NCBI GenBank assembly: GCA_051294375.1
Contig: CM119271.1
Coordinates: forward strand, 5,302,371-5,366,370
Direction of reading: 5' to 3'
DNA from: Paraspadella gotoi
Lineage: Eukaryota > Animalia > Chaetognatha
DNA: 64,000 nucleotides
Below, piece by piece: positions 49,491 through 62,421 of this stretch. A program made the position numbers and the translations under genes. Within the stretch, counting starts at the first letter, position 1. Each line of letters opens with the position of its first letter. The notes under the pieces are model-generated. The model did no database searches. It was not told the origin of the DNA and saw only the letters and a program-made list of their open reading frames with translations.

Positions 49491-51629
49491 TCGACGATGC
49501 TCTGAGTTGCCGGATATTCCCTCGATATATATCCTCTATCTGTAAAACTCTCCGGACGACGGAAGCGTTGGCGTCATCCGGCGTCTCTCCCTCTCTCCCC
49601 TATCTCTCTCTATATATATAATCTCTTATACGCCCGTCGCCGTCTATTTCGTCAACATACCAATGGATATCGTTACGATATTTGGCGCACGAGGAAATAT
49701 AATATTCCATTCCCGTCCCTATCGATTCGACCCGGAACGAACGTCTGCGTCTCGGAGTTGCGTTCTCACACGCTTCGCGGAGCCTTGGTGAGACTGGCCC
49801 CCTGAGACCTGCGGTAACTCGTACATATTATCTACATATCTTCATAGTCTATTCTCTCTACTATCCTCTATCTCCCTGCCAACAGTATCATATATCCTCT
49901 TGTCGGAAGCTGCTCGTAGCCGAATTTGGACGTCGTGCTCGTCGCGTCGAAGGGGAAGTGCGCCGGATTAGTGCGATTTATTTTCGGACGGTCTTCGTGA
50001 GCATCGGATAAGACTGTGAGCGTATGGTGACGCGACTGGATCGCGATATACGTCAACGTAGCCGCCGCAGATCGCGCTATAAGACGATGAGCGGAAAGAA
50101 AGCGAGAGAAAAGAGAGAATATGTAAGTCAGCAAACGTAGTTCGATGTCGACCGCCGATGGAGGCCTGTCAGAAGCCCGCGTCGACGACTGTCTTCGCTG
50201 ACGACGAATGGGTCGCGCTCATCACAATGCCGAATAACGTAGCCCTCTTCTTCTCGCACAACTACTTGTACCGACGGCCTGAAAATGAAACATCTCACCG
50301 GCTTACTGACGTTAAAGATCAACATACATGAGTGCGGTCCCCAACGCCTAAGAGTGTAAGCCGGCGCTAAACGTAGCCGTCTGTTTCAAGGCGAGCGTCC
50401 TTACTCCGGAACAAAGAATGAAGGGAGGAGCGGAGGCGTTGGAGCATGTGTTCGATGACGCTCTCGCCCGCCGCCAAATCGCGAGAAAATCCAGCAAGTT
50501 GACTATGAGTTTCTACGCCGATCGGCAATTAAGGGAGCCGCTATCTCGAAATGAAGGATTGCGCTCGACAGCGGAAGAGGATGCGGGATAGTCGTTCCTT
50601 CCCCTTCCCTCACCGCCTCTCGTACTAACTGCTGCGCCGCGCTAGCCGCTTGCGGCGTATGATACGACCGAGGCGCCAGTATTTGTCCCAGAGAAGCGGA
50701 CGGCGATTCCATCAGCTTCACACGCTTCTCGAGCCTCAAGTCATCCAACGCGCTGTCCTCTTAACCGGCGCGTCTGAGGCAGCCTTCGACCGCTACCGCT
50801 GCGATGGCGACGGGCTTTTTAGGAATCAAGCAGGTACACTCGCCTTTCCAATTGCCTACCAGCAGCAGCGCCGAAAAACAAAGTGCGAATGAAATACATC
50901 ACGTTTGGATTTCGAGGCGTCAACTCGAGGATTATCAAGTCAGCGTCTCGTGTCGTGGACGGTCGCGACGGTCCGATGAGTTTGAAGGGCTTCCCCATTA
51001 GGTTCGATTGGTCTTCTCCTAAGCGATCGATTCGAACGCTTTTCTGACGCTAGACCGAACGCTGACCTCGGCCTCATGCGGGACGCCTCATCGCCTAAGT
51101 AAGAAATGGGAATGAGAGCGGACTGACGGCAGATGAATGATGAGCAGATCCTCGGCGGTTCCTAAGGCTCGATGGCGTAGGATTCGGTGACGTGCATTCA
51201 GTAGCTTGTTTAATACCACCTTGCAGGCAGGTGACACGACCTCGCGTAGGGAGACGGGCGACTGTCTCTATATCGCCTGGCCGTCATGGCGGATCTACTC
51301 GCGAAGGCGGATGCCACATTTATCAGATAAGTGGGCTAAAAAAAGTGGTTACTTACCGAACAATATCCACCATTGGGATTGATGACTTTCCTTAGCTGAT
51401 TTTGTCTCTAGCCATTTAACCAAGAGGTCTTGATAGACTCGCCGGCGAAGTCAATGCAAAGACGCCTGCGACGACGGAGAAGACGAAGTGGCGACGCGAA
51501 GCTGTCAACGTTCGCCAACGCGGAGTAAGACATCGAGACGAAAAGAAAGCTTCGATCTCCGCCGCTTCTTACCCCCGCCCTGCTGGAGCGTCGGCTTCAA
51601 TTCCGACTGTCGTCGCGACTGCGCCGGAC

Positions 51630-52965
51630 CTTAAACTTGTGCCTTGCCCCACATTTGAGGGGAAGCATATTTGCGAAGCTGTTGACAAGTATTCAGCGAC
51701 ATGTGAAAGGCCGCTATGATCGGCCGCAATTTATCGCCCTCAAAAGCCGCTGGCTTCAAAACTGTATGGGAAGCGGTCATCTTGGTCGAGAACTGCCCTA
51801 CAAAAGAGCGATGCTTTTTAGTAAAAATTATCATCCGCTCCTTCATGTTGACGCCCGACCACCGCCGGAGTGCGCGGCGAGGCTTCAAAAAGCTACGCCT
51901 GCAAATCGACACGACGTAGCAGCAGGGGAGGAAATGAAAGGGATAAGTCTGCGCCGCCGCCGATACGACGGATTCGACGGCGAGTGAATAAAGACTGGTG
52001 ACTATCGCCGCGAGCCCCGGGCTGGGGGCACGTTACCGCCCAGGCGTGCCAATCGTGATCGTCGTCGGTCAACGAACGATATTCAACCTACGCGTCTCTT
52101 GGACAGCGGAGTAATAAGTGCGTCATCAACGGTCCAACTCGCGAGGCGATTGAATGCCGCTTAGTCATGTATAATTTGAAATTCAACTACCTCGGCCTCT
52201 GAGTCTACACTCCCTAGCCAATGGTGAGGAAGATAGATTTCTTCAGTCGACGGTGCATTGGAATTGGACCTGGAGATGTCCTCGCCGTTCGACATCCTGT
52301 CTTCGAAGACCGACGCGCCCGTTCTCAGGAGGAGATTTCTTCCTTTGCTCATCTAGCGGGATGTCGAGAATATTTTGCTCTTCCAACGAAAGATGATCGG
52401 CTTTATATCTTTCAGCCGAATATACGCTGGACTTAGGAGACCGGAGAGCATTCGCCGTGGAAGTAAGAGCCTCCCATGCGTTTAAAAACCAATGGGGATG
52501 GACCATCGTCGGCGCCACGCGCCAGAGGGTCGGTCGAGCTCCGGCGGAATCCATTCAAGTGACCTGCACCGTGATTCATAATGTTGACGACGAGCAGCTC
52601 AGCTGTCGATAATTCAGCGTCTTTTTGAGCGGATTTTCCGCCGGCGCCATCGGCAAGCCATCAATCTAGCGTGCAAGTATCGACTTCGCCATGGAGCAGC
52701 TTCGTCGTACGATACAGTTCGACGAGACTGTCGATATTGGAAGGTTGGGCTTCGCTTGGAGCGAAGGCCGGGATAAAAGGCTGCGCGAGATTCTTGAACA
52801 AATGTAATTCGTCTGAGAATGGCATGAATCGGCTCCTGAAAGCCGGGGCAAGATGCGGCGAGAGCCGCTTCGCAAAGAAGGAGTCTTTAAGCAGTTCAAG
52901 AATTATCATTCGACGAAGGTCATGCGATTCGAATAGAATGATCCAGCAGTCCCGGACGGAGAACC

Positions 52966-53043
<78 letters not shown>

Positions 53044-56000
53044 CCCCCCCCCCCCCCCCCCCCCCCGCCACCCCCCCCCCCCCCCCTATTTGGTTTGCTT
53101 GCTCCACTCAGTATCGTCACGAGAGCTGACAAGCCAGGGAAAGTATCGCGTCTTTGCCATTGACGCCAAGCGTTCTTGCCGACTGGATCAAAGCCTCAAC
53201 GATCAGCTTCCACGCCGGCCCGACCTAATGAATATCTTCTTGCGTCCTTTTCCGCTTTCGCCGTCACGTAAACTCCTCGACGTCCGACGTGCGCGGATTC
53301 TTTCATCAGTGCTTCGTCGACGAAAAGATCGCCATGTGTCGCTTCTTGGTTGAAGCACGAACAATGGTAAAGTCCGTTCTGATGGGAGAGAAGTCGTCCA
53401 CGTGTTCGGCGGCTAAATGTCGTCGCCTGACTTGCGCCAAGCTACGTGCTTCAGCATCTACGCCGTACCTTATGAAACGGTTCCCACCGGATAGTCGCTG
53501 ACGCCATCGATCAACGATTCTACGTGGACAACTTGGTTGCTTCGGCGCCGACCGTCGAGGCTGCCCGAAACCTCCGGATCGGCATCATCGGAAGCGATGA
53601 AGCGTGGAGGCTTCGACCTTGTATGCTGGCGATCATTCGCACAAAGAGGCGTTGGAGGATGACACGCCTGGCGTCGAAAAGAGAATGGGAAGATATCAAA
53701 ACCTTCAGTGATGAGAGCGACGATAATTGGGAAAAAGTGCTTGGCGTTGTCTTTGTTTTCACGTGATATATTCTCGTTCAATACGAACAAGAAGAAGGTG
53801 GATTACAGAAGTCCAACGCGACGACAAATGCTCTCACTTACCAGCTCTCTCTTTGATCCTATGGGTTCGTGGCACCCTTCATCCTGCGCGGACGTGAGAT
53901 TTTTCAAGCGGGCAACTAGAAAAAACTCCGTGGATGATCCAGTATCAAAGGAGATATTTGTCGAAATCACAAATGCGGCAAGAGGTAGTGAAGCTTACTT
54001 TCCATCGAGATTCCTCGCTGGATCGCGACGAAGGCAAATACAAAACGGCGCCCGAGATGCACATCTTCTGCGATGCCTCGAAGTTGGGCTACGGTGCGTC
54101 ATGTATCGTCGCGTCGAGGTTCCATCAGAGACTTACGTCGCTTATTTCTTTGGAAAATCGCGCGTTGTGCCTCTGTCTTCGATAAGTGTTCTCACCATGA
54201 ATCAATTCCGCGGCTGGAACTTACCGCCGCGAAACTCGCCGCCGAACTTTGTCTACTGTCTTGGATCAGTTCATGAGGAATATTCGAGAGTTGTGTTCTG
54301 GACGATTCGCCAATAACGTCATCAAGCAAATTCGGCGACGAGAAGTCGCGTTCATCCCGTTTTTCAAACATCGAATCACTCGAATTCGTGAAATCTCCGA
54401 GGTAGACGAATGGAGAATCGTCCGACTGCGCAGTAACCCGGCAGATATTGCGAGTCGGGTTATCTACTGGAATGAGGAAGAGTGGAAGAAGTTCTATCGT
54501 GGTCCAGAATTTCTTTGGACCGGAATCAACTTGGCCGATCAAATCAATCGTTTGCATATCGCGAAGTCTGAAGATCTTCAGGAGCGATCATTGAGAAAAA
54601 GCGGTAGTGGATGCCCTCACCGCTTCTCCTGCTTTCACTTCACGTTTTTCTGGGGATTCGTGGATGCTCGACTACGCCGTCAAGTTCTCGTCTTGGTCGC
54701 AGCGTCAGAAAAACCGCCTTTGCTTTGCGCCGTGTTGGGAAACCTTTGCGTTTTGAAGGGCCTTCAACGCAATCTGCGCGAAAAGCATTCCTCGAATCTA
54801 CTTAGTCGATATTCAATCGACGGCGGATCGCCTCATTCGCCTAATTCAAATCAATATTTCGGTTCTGAGATGGAATTTCTACATGAAAATTCGATCACGG
54901 CTCCTAACTTCGAAAGGATTGAAATTTAAAAATTCGCCTCTTTCGTAAGTTGTCTCTTTCGTCGACTGCGGGGGGAAGATGCGCGTCGGCCGGCCGACTT
55001 GGCAATGCGGGCGACGCTTCTTCGAGGCGAAACATCCGATCATTTTTTGCCTACGGAGACGATCTAGTTCGCGCCTTATCCGAGATGGTACATAAGACCG
55101 AGGTCATGCGGGGATTGAGCAAACCTGCAGCGAGATTCGGCGCAAGTTTTGGATCCTCGGGACGTCAAGCTGTCCGTCGAGTCCTCAAAAATGCGTCTAC
55201 TGCCAAAAAAGCCTCAAGCCACCGGAACACAGAAAATGGCGCCTCTTCCGATCTACAGGACGCCCCGCGGCCGCCATTCGGGAATGTCGGCGTCGATGCG
55301 CTCGGGCCGCTTCGACATAAAAATCGACGAGCTCGACATAAGCGCTGGGTGGCGCTTTTTACCTGTCCTACTCTCGCGCCGTTCATCTCGAGGAGTTATT
55401 TTCTCTCTCGACCTCTTCCTTCATCAATTGCCTTCGATGCCGAGGAAAGGAGGCGGCGATACGGCATCTCTTCAGCGATAACGCAACAATTTCAAAGGTC
55501 CGACAAAGCTTCTGCGCGATGCTATTCAAGGAGTGGAAACCGCGATCATGATAAAAATTCCATCGTCTTGGCTTCGACTGGGACTTCGCGCGCCTCTCAC
55601 GCCGCATTATGGCGGTGTTGGGAAAGTTGGTCCGCTCGGCAAAGCGGCATCTTTATGCATTACTTGGTAACCGGCGCTTTCGATGGAGACGTTTCGCACC
55701 GTCATCACCGGCGCGAGGGAATAATCAACCGCGACCTTACGCGATTAAGCAGCGATGCTAAAGACCTTCTACCTTTGACGCAGCTGACATCTATATCGGG
55801 GATTCGCGATCGGAACGACGCCGTAGTCTTACCACCGGCTTCCGTCTTCCGCGATTCATTGCGTTTGGAGTATAAGCAAGCGTGGGATTTGACTGTCAAT
55901 TCGAGCGTCGCTTTCTCCGCCGACTATTTACCTAGTCTCCAACGCGCGAACGTTGGCAAACAAGCTTCCGGATCTCAAGGTCGGCCAGCTCGTTCTACTT

Positions 56001-56160
56001 GTTGACGAAACCAAGGCCAGGAGCGAGTGGAGGCTTGGCGTCATAGAAAGCGTGCATGGCGACGACAACGCACGTGCGACGCGCGTTCGTGCGGACCGCG
56101 AATGGAAAAATCTTCGAGCGAGATCGATCTAAGATCGTTCGTTTTTTGAATTAGATGAGT
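51630..56160 (+). mobile_element. BEL/Pao LTR retrotransposon gag-pol (many frameshifts; LTRs not identified)
   Basis: Motifs in BEL order: gag Cys/His knuckles (NCMGSGH, YHPLLH ~51760-51850); protease LLDSG (52096-52110) and WGWTIVG; RT DKPGK, SLNDQL, YVDN (53521-53532), PTRRQMLSLTSSLFDPMG; RNase H MHIFCDASKLGYGA, SIPRLELTAA, NPADIASR, GPEFL; integrase QKMAPLP, PFGNVGVDALGP, KRWVALFTC, C-terminal WRLGVIE..VRTANG. Confidence 0.93.
52966..53087. other. Poly-C tract interrupting RT (probable sequencing artefact)
   Basis: ~120 nt of almost pure C inside otherwise recognisable pol sequence. Confidence 0.6.
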
Positions 56161-57919
56161 GAAAGTAAAAAAATATTAGTACCTCATCCCTCAAAGATCT
56201 GTACTCTTTGTGACTATTTTTCCATTTTATTGCTTTGCACGACCAAAATTTTTGATAGAGGCTTTGGCCCAAAGCGAGATTCGTTTTTCCCATATGCTTG
56301 ATTTCGCTTCGGCCGAATTTTCCCCCATAGGGACGCACTAACAGAAATTCAGATTAAATGTTTTTCAGATTGAATTTTTTTTGATTTTTTATTTTTTACT
56401 GTTTAAGACAATGTTTTCTTCAAGATTCTGTTTGTTTTGGTTAGTACTATATTTAAGAATTTATTTTATTATTTTAAGTGCTGGAAGTAGGGTTTTTAAA
56501 GAAAAATATTTTATTTTTTTATTTCGATTTTCGTAAGTGCGATCCCTACTCGAAAATTTTTTCTTCAGATTTGACAGTAAAAAATGAAAATTTTAAATTA
56601 TCGAATTCGTTTAATTATTTATGTACGAATTTCACAGTGTACAGTAAGTTCAAATTGGATTTTGGGTACAGTCGTAATCGTTTAATCCATTTTTTATTTT
56701 GTTTATTCGGTTTTCAGCGTACGTCAACACACGGGCTGTTCTATTTTTGAAAGTTCGCGACCTTAGTGTATTTTTATGAAAAAAGAAAAAATAATATTTT
56801 TTATTGCATTTTATGGGTTTTAATTACGGGCGTTGCGGTTTTGTCGCCTCGTCTTTGTTTTCTCCCTTTTTTCTCAGTTTTTAGTACCGATTTGCGAGGA
56901 CGAAACTTTATTTTAGAAATTCAAAGCTCATGATGCAGGCTTCCACCAGTTCTCAGGTGTCGTCTGGGTGGCAACATTCCGCGTGCCGAGGACAGGCATC
57001 GTCCCTGTCTTTCATGCCGTCCGCTCAGTGATGGACGCTTCAAGCGACTCGTCGTCGTCATCCGCCGACGGGAACCTTCAAGTAGAAATCCGGCGGACCT
57101 CGACGTGAAAGGAACTCCGGAAGGTTTGGGGAAGTTGAGGACAGGATCTGTTCTTTTTCGGCCCCGCCCGAAGTAGACAGGTTCTTGAATGCGCTCAGGG
57201 TGTCAGGCATGTTCAAGTCCTTAATTCAATGAGTCCCGCTTCGGTGGGATGGGACGAACTTGCCGATCGATTGGATCTCTCGCTCAATCGAGAGCCACGT
57301 GATGACGGATTTTGAATCCATGACAGACTGCGAGCGTGAACCGCAGGCTCTTCGGCCGCGCCGCCTGCCCGCAAGGAGACGACGACGCGAGAGCCATCCT
57401 CTTCTTCTGAAGACGGTGCAGACCCCGCGCCTCCCCAGCGCAAATCAAGGGNNNNNNNNNNNNNNNNNNNNNNNNNGTCGGCCTCGCCCGCTCCTTTTTA
57501 GGAATCCTTTTATCAGGACTATCATTTGTTGTTTGGTCTCGGTGTTCTCTCTTTCTATCTCCATCAGACTCCTTTCCAGTCTCTTTCTTTTTATTTNNNN
57601 NNNNNNNNNNNNNNNNNNNNNNNNNNNNNNNNNNNNNNNNNNNNNNNNNNNNNNNNNNNNNNNNNNNNNNNNNNNNNNNNNNNNNNNNNNNNNNNNNNNN
57701 NNNNNNNNNNNNNNNNNNNNNNNNNNNNNNNNNNNNNNNNNNNNNNNNNNNNNNNNNNNNNNNNNNNNNNNNNNNNNNNNNNNNNNNNNNNNNNNNNNNN
57801 NNNNNNNNNNNNNNNNNNNNNNNNNNATCGCTAATTACGCCGACGACTTTTAAAAATACAATTCAAAACAAGAAAGAAGGAATGATGTCTCTCTAAATTC
57901 AAAACAGATGGCTAGATTA

Positions 57920-58000
57920 ATAGATAGATATATAGATATATAGATAGATAGATAGATAGATAGATAGATTTATAGATAGATAGATAGATAGATAGATAGT
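57920..58000. repeat. (TAGA)n microsatellite
   Basis: Directly visible. Confidence 0.9.
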
Positions 58001-58206
58001 TTAATAGATAGACTAATAGCGAAACTGTGTCTGAGTGAATATTAAACCCCGAAGAAGAGCAGCTGCTGCTTTTGACCTTGAGTCTACCGGGACAATAATA
58101 CGACGACGACGACGACGACGACGATGAAGTCGGTAATGATGATTTCTTTCTCGCCAATCAAAAAGCCCCGGACAGCACAGAGATGCATCGTCTGTCGATT
58201 TTAATT

Positions 58207-58304
58207 TTAAAACTTCAGTAACTTGATGCAGTTGAAAAATTTTGATTTGTTTTCTAATCTTTCGATGTCTTCAGTGTATGGATTGAGGATTTGAACATCA
58301 ATTT
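58207..58304 (-). CDS. Candidate terminal exon (IDVQILNPYTEDIERLENKSKFFNCIKLLKF*), unknown protein
   Basis: Strong acceptor TTTCATTGTGTTTTCAG followed by 31 non-repetitive codons and TAA; points away from the promoter-like island at 59700-60340. Confidence 0.35.
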
Positions 58305-59053
58305 CTGAAAACACAATGAAACTTTCACCCTATATGTTGGGTAGAACTATTAACCAATATGAAAATTAGATATTTCTAAAAAAANNNNNNNNNNNNNNNN
58401 NNNNNNNNNNNNNNNNNNNNNNNNNNNNNNNNNNNNNNNNNNNNNNNNNNNNNNNNNNNNNNNNNNNNNNNNNNNNNNNNNNNNNNNNNNNNNNNNNNNN
58501 NNNNNNNNNNNNNNNNNNNNNNNNNNNNNNNNNNNNNNNNNNNNNNNNNNNNNNNNNNNNNNNNNNNNNNNNNNNNNNNNNNNNNNNNNNNNNNNNNNNN
58601 NNNNNNNNNNNNNNNNNNNNNNNNNNNNNNNNNNNNNNNNNNNNNNNNNNNNNNNNNNNNNNNNNNNNNNNNNNNNNNNNNNNNNNNNNNNNNNNNNNNN
58701 NNNNNNNNNNNNNNNNNNNNNNNNNNNNNNNNNNNNNNNNNNNNNNNNNNNNNNNNNNNNNNNNNNNNNNNNNNNNNNNNNNNNNNNNNNNNNNNNNNNN
58801 NNNNNNNNNNNNNNNNNNNNNNNNNNNNNNNNNNNNNNNNNNNNNNNNNNNNNNNNNNNNNNNNNNNNNNNNNNNNNNNNNNNNNNNNNNNNNNNNNNNN
58901 NNNNNNNNNNNNNNNNNNNNNNNNNNNNNNNNNNNNNNNNNNNNNNNNNNNNNNNNNNNNNNNNNNNNAGAGCGAGTTCGTCGTTTCGTCTGACGCAATC
59001 GGAGGCCATTAAAAAGCTGACGACGCCATTGACGCTGCCGACCGGAAAGAGAA

Positions 59054-59297
59054 GAGGTGAGGACTGATAGCGAGGAAAGAAGGAAAGGAAAGGAAAGATG
59101 TGAGGAATGATAGCAAGGAAAGAAAGAAAAGGAGGAAAAGAAAGAGGTGAAGACTGATAGAGAGGAAAGAAGGAAAGGAAGGAAAGGAAAGAGGTGAAGA
59201 CTGATAGTGAGAAAAGAAGGAAAGATGTGAGGACTGATAGTGAGGAAAGAAGGAAAGGAAAGGAAAGAGGTGAAGACCGATAGTGAGGAAAGAAGGA
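59054..59297. repeat. Variable-unit minisatellite, 6 copies of core GAKGTGARGACTGATAG in purine-rich spacers
   Basis: Core recurs every ~33-48 bp, separated by (GGAAA)n-like spacers. Confidence 0.85.
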
Positions 59298-59689
59298 AAA
59301 GGCGGAAGTGGAGGAAAGAAATAAGATAGGTAAGTTAAAGAGGAAGGAAACAAGAAGATAAGTAGTAGAAAGAAAAGGAGGAAAGAAGAGAATGAAAAAG
59401 AAAAAAGAAAAGTGGAAAAAAAGAAGAGAAGGAAATAAAAAAGAGAAATGAAAGACAGAAAAAAATACAGAAAATGACAGAAAAAATAAGAAGAAAATGA
59501 TCTCCATAGAAGTTATAACTGATTTGTGAACGAAATTAAACTTAGTAACTCTCGTTGCTAGGTATATGAGCAAAGATCTATCTATCTATTCGTTTTGAAG
59601 CAGAGATAAAATTAGGTCAACTTGGACACTTCCCCCCCCCCCGAATCACGTCTTTGGAATTTGGACAAACTTTCTTCGCACGAACGCAA

Positions 59690-60042
59690 ACTCGTACGAC
59701 TTCCGGTACGACCGACCGACCGTACGCCCGTACGCCCGTCGTAACGATGACGAATACGTTGCTGTCGACGAAAACCGGAAGTGACGAGGGGAATCGCGAT
59801 GCGCGTTGGCGAGGGGGGGGGGAAATTACGTGCGAACACGTAATAGAACATGTAATAGAGCATGCAATAGAACAGCGACAGCGACTGAAAAAAATCATTT
59901 GACAAATTATTCGTTTATTGTTTCTGTTCGTTTATGATAAATGGTAGAGTCGAAACTAATATCGTAATAGATAATTAATTAATTGTTTCCTCTCGCCTTT
60001 AAAGACTAAAATAAGGAGAACGACAGCGGCGACGAGAGGAAA

Positions 60043-60088
<46 letters not shown>

Positions 60089-60340
60089 TTGGAAAAGTTG
60101 ACGTGACGAAAAAGTGGGTTTCCATGGAAACGGCGTCGGGGTCACGTGACTCAGAAATTCGATTTCATTCCGAGTCGACGCAGAAACGAACGCCGGCCCG
60201 AGAACGACGGACCCCGGCCGCCGAGCCTTTCCGGAGAAAATGGCGTGTGACCGCGCGGCGTCTTCGACTCGAGGAAATTGGGTCACGTGACTCACCGGGT
60301 CAGGCGACCATTCACCCGAGCGAAGAGGATCTTTGAGAGA
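59690..60340. promoter_or_regulatory. CpG-rich promoter-like island with ETS-CRE, RFX X-box, E-boxes and YY1-like motif
   Basis: CCGGAAGTGACG 59775-59786; GTTTCCATGGAAAC 60118-60131; GTCACGTGAC 60141-60150 and 60282-60291; AAAATGGCG ~60237-60245. Confidence 0.55.
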
Positions 60341-60419
60341 CAAGTATTGCCCGGGTTGACGTGGGATCGATCATTCTTTATCTTTAGTCGCTCGCTTGGC
60401 TTGCCCGCTTGATGCCGAT

Positions 60420-61630
60420 CTTTGCCGAGTTCTTTCTCTCTTTCTTTTTTTTTTTTTTTTTTGCTTTCCTTTCCTTTCTTCCTCTCCTTCCTCCTTTTCA
60501 GTCAATCATGATTCCATTGACTCTTCCTCACTTCCTCCCTTCAATCTATTTTTTTCCTCCGTTCGATCCGCGACTGAATTCAATTTCTTTTTTTTTTTCC
60601 CCCTTTTTTTGTTATCATTTTTCCTTTTGTTAGTTTTTCTTTTCACTTTCTCGCTTTTAGGCGCCATTTTTTTTGTCAGTCTCCCTTTCTCTCTTTTTTT
60701 CTTTCCTTCTCTTCTCACTTTTTTTCCCTTTCCTCCCTTTTCTCTTCCTGTTTAAGTTTTTTCCCGTCATACTTTTCCTCTGTCATCTTCCTCCCTTTTC
60801 TCCTTATACTCCTCCTTTTCCTTTTTCTCCATTTTTTTCTTCTTTTGCTTTTTCTCCCTTTTCTTTTTCTTTTTCCTTCTTTTCCTACTTCTTTTGCCTT
60901 TCCTTCTTTTCTTCTTACTTTTCCTTTTTCATACCTTTCCTCCTATTTATCCCTTTTCCTCTCTTTTCTCCTTCTTTTCCTTTTTTATACCTTTCCTCCT
61001 CCTTTTTCCTACCTTTATACCTACTTTTTCCTCCATTTCTTCCTTCTTTTGACTTTCCTTCCTTTTCTCCTTATTTTCCTTTTTCTCCTCTTCCTCTTAA
61101 TTTTTTTTCTCCCTTTCCTCCTTCTTTTCTTTCTTCCTTCCTTTCTTCCTACTTTTCTTTTTTCCTCCTTTTCCTCTTACTTTTCCTTTTTTCTTCTTAC
61201 CCCTTCCTTTCCCTTTTCTTCTCTCTCCTCCTACTTTTCCTTTTCTTCATTTTCCTCCTTCTTTTTCCTTTCCTCCTTTTTCTTCTTACTTTTCCTTTTC
61301 CTCCCCTTTCTCTTACTTTTTCTCCTTTTCCTCCTTCTTTTCTTTCCATTTCCTCCTTCTTTTCCCTTTCCTCCCTTTCCTCCCAATTTTCTTTTTTTCT
61401 CCCTCCCTTCCTTTCCTTCTTCGATCTCCCCCTCTATATCGACTCGTTTTTTTTAGGTTTATTTTACTTCCAACTTCTTTTTTTTTTAATCTTAACTCTT
61501 TTTTTTTTTCGTTTCACCTCTTTTCGTCCTTCGAACTTTTTAGCTTCTTTCCTCTTCTCTTCTCTCCCCTCTCTCTATCTCCCTCTCCTCTCTCCCTCTC
61601 CTCTCTCCCCCTCTCTCCCCCTCCCCTCTC
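60420..61630. repeat. Long polypyrimidine low-complexity tract
   Basis: Nearly pure C/T for >1 kb; explains the F/L/S/P-rich 482-aa ORF. Confidence 0.9.
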
Positions 61631-61805
61631 CCGGCCTCAATCGAAATCTGATAAGCTTTTCATCGTCGTCCTCGTCATCTCCATCGTCGTCGCTATCGTC
61701 GTCGTCGTCGTCGACATATTCTCATCGTCGTCTTTATCGTCGTCGTCGTTCTTATCAGCGTCGTCATCGACTTGGTCGTCATCTACAAAGTAGACCTTCA
61801 CTTCA

Positions 61806-61843
<38 letters not shown>

Positions 61844-62382
61844 TTGTGCTCGCAGCACTAACTTTATCGATTGTTGATGGAAATGAAAACAAATATTTTT
61901 TTTTCTTAACTCATTTAAGAAAAAAGTCGATTTTTTTTAGGAAGAGTGAAAATGGAGGTGGGGTAGCTAGATATGGGGGTGGCGTAGCTAGAGATGGGCG
62001 TGGAAATCGAGAGATGGCGCTTCCCCCCTTTTTCCCCCTCCTAATTCGCCAGATTTTAAATGCGCCGAGTGGGGAGGGAGCTTATTTCTCTCGGGAGGTG
62101 GCGAAGTTAATTATTTTTTAACCCTTCTTTTTTTGGCGAGCGAAAGTATTAAAGATTTTACTTAAAAGTGAAAAAAAAACATGTATACGCGATGAAAAAA
62201 AAGTTTTTCATGGCAAAAATGAGCTAACTACTATTTCAAGAATTTCAAGAAAAAAAAAATATCGAGAAGAAAATACGAAAGTTATTTTCGGAACAAAACT
62301 CGTTGGCTTTTACATTTTGCATTACTCCCAAAGGGAATGTTCCAAAAAGGGGAAAAAACCATATTTCTATACGAAAGAGAAA

Positions 62383-62421
<39 letters not shown>

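Noticed and set aside
52671-53132. Poly-Pro/poly-Gly protein
   Set aside because: Derived from the poly-C tract inside retrotransposon RT.
59054-59297. Conserved core with variable spacers (CRISPR-like)
   Set aside because: Spacers are related purine-rich simple repeats, not unique sequences.
60673-62121. 482-aa ORF and similar long F/L/S- or K/R/E-rich ORFs (6479-7225, 21245-22110, 42383-43042, 58350-59573)
   Set aside because: Translations of polypyrimidine/polypurine tracts or N gaps, which cannot contain stops.
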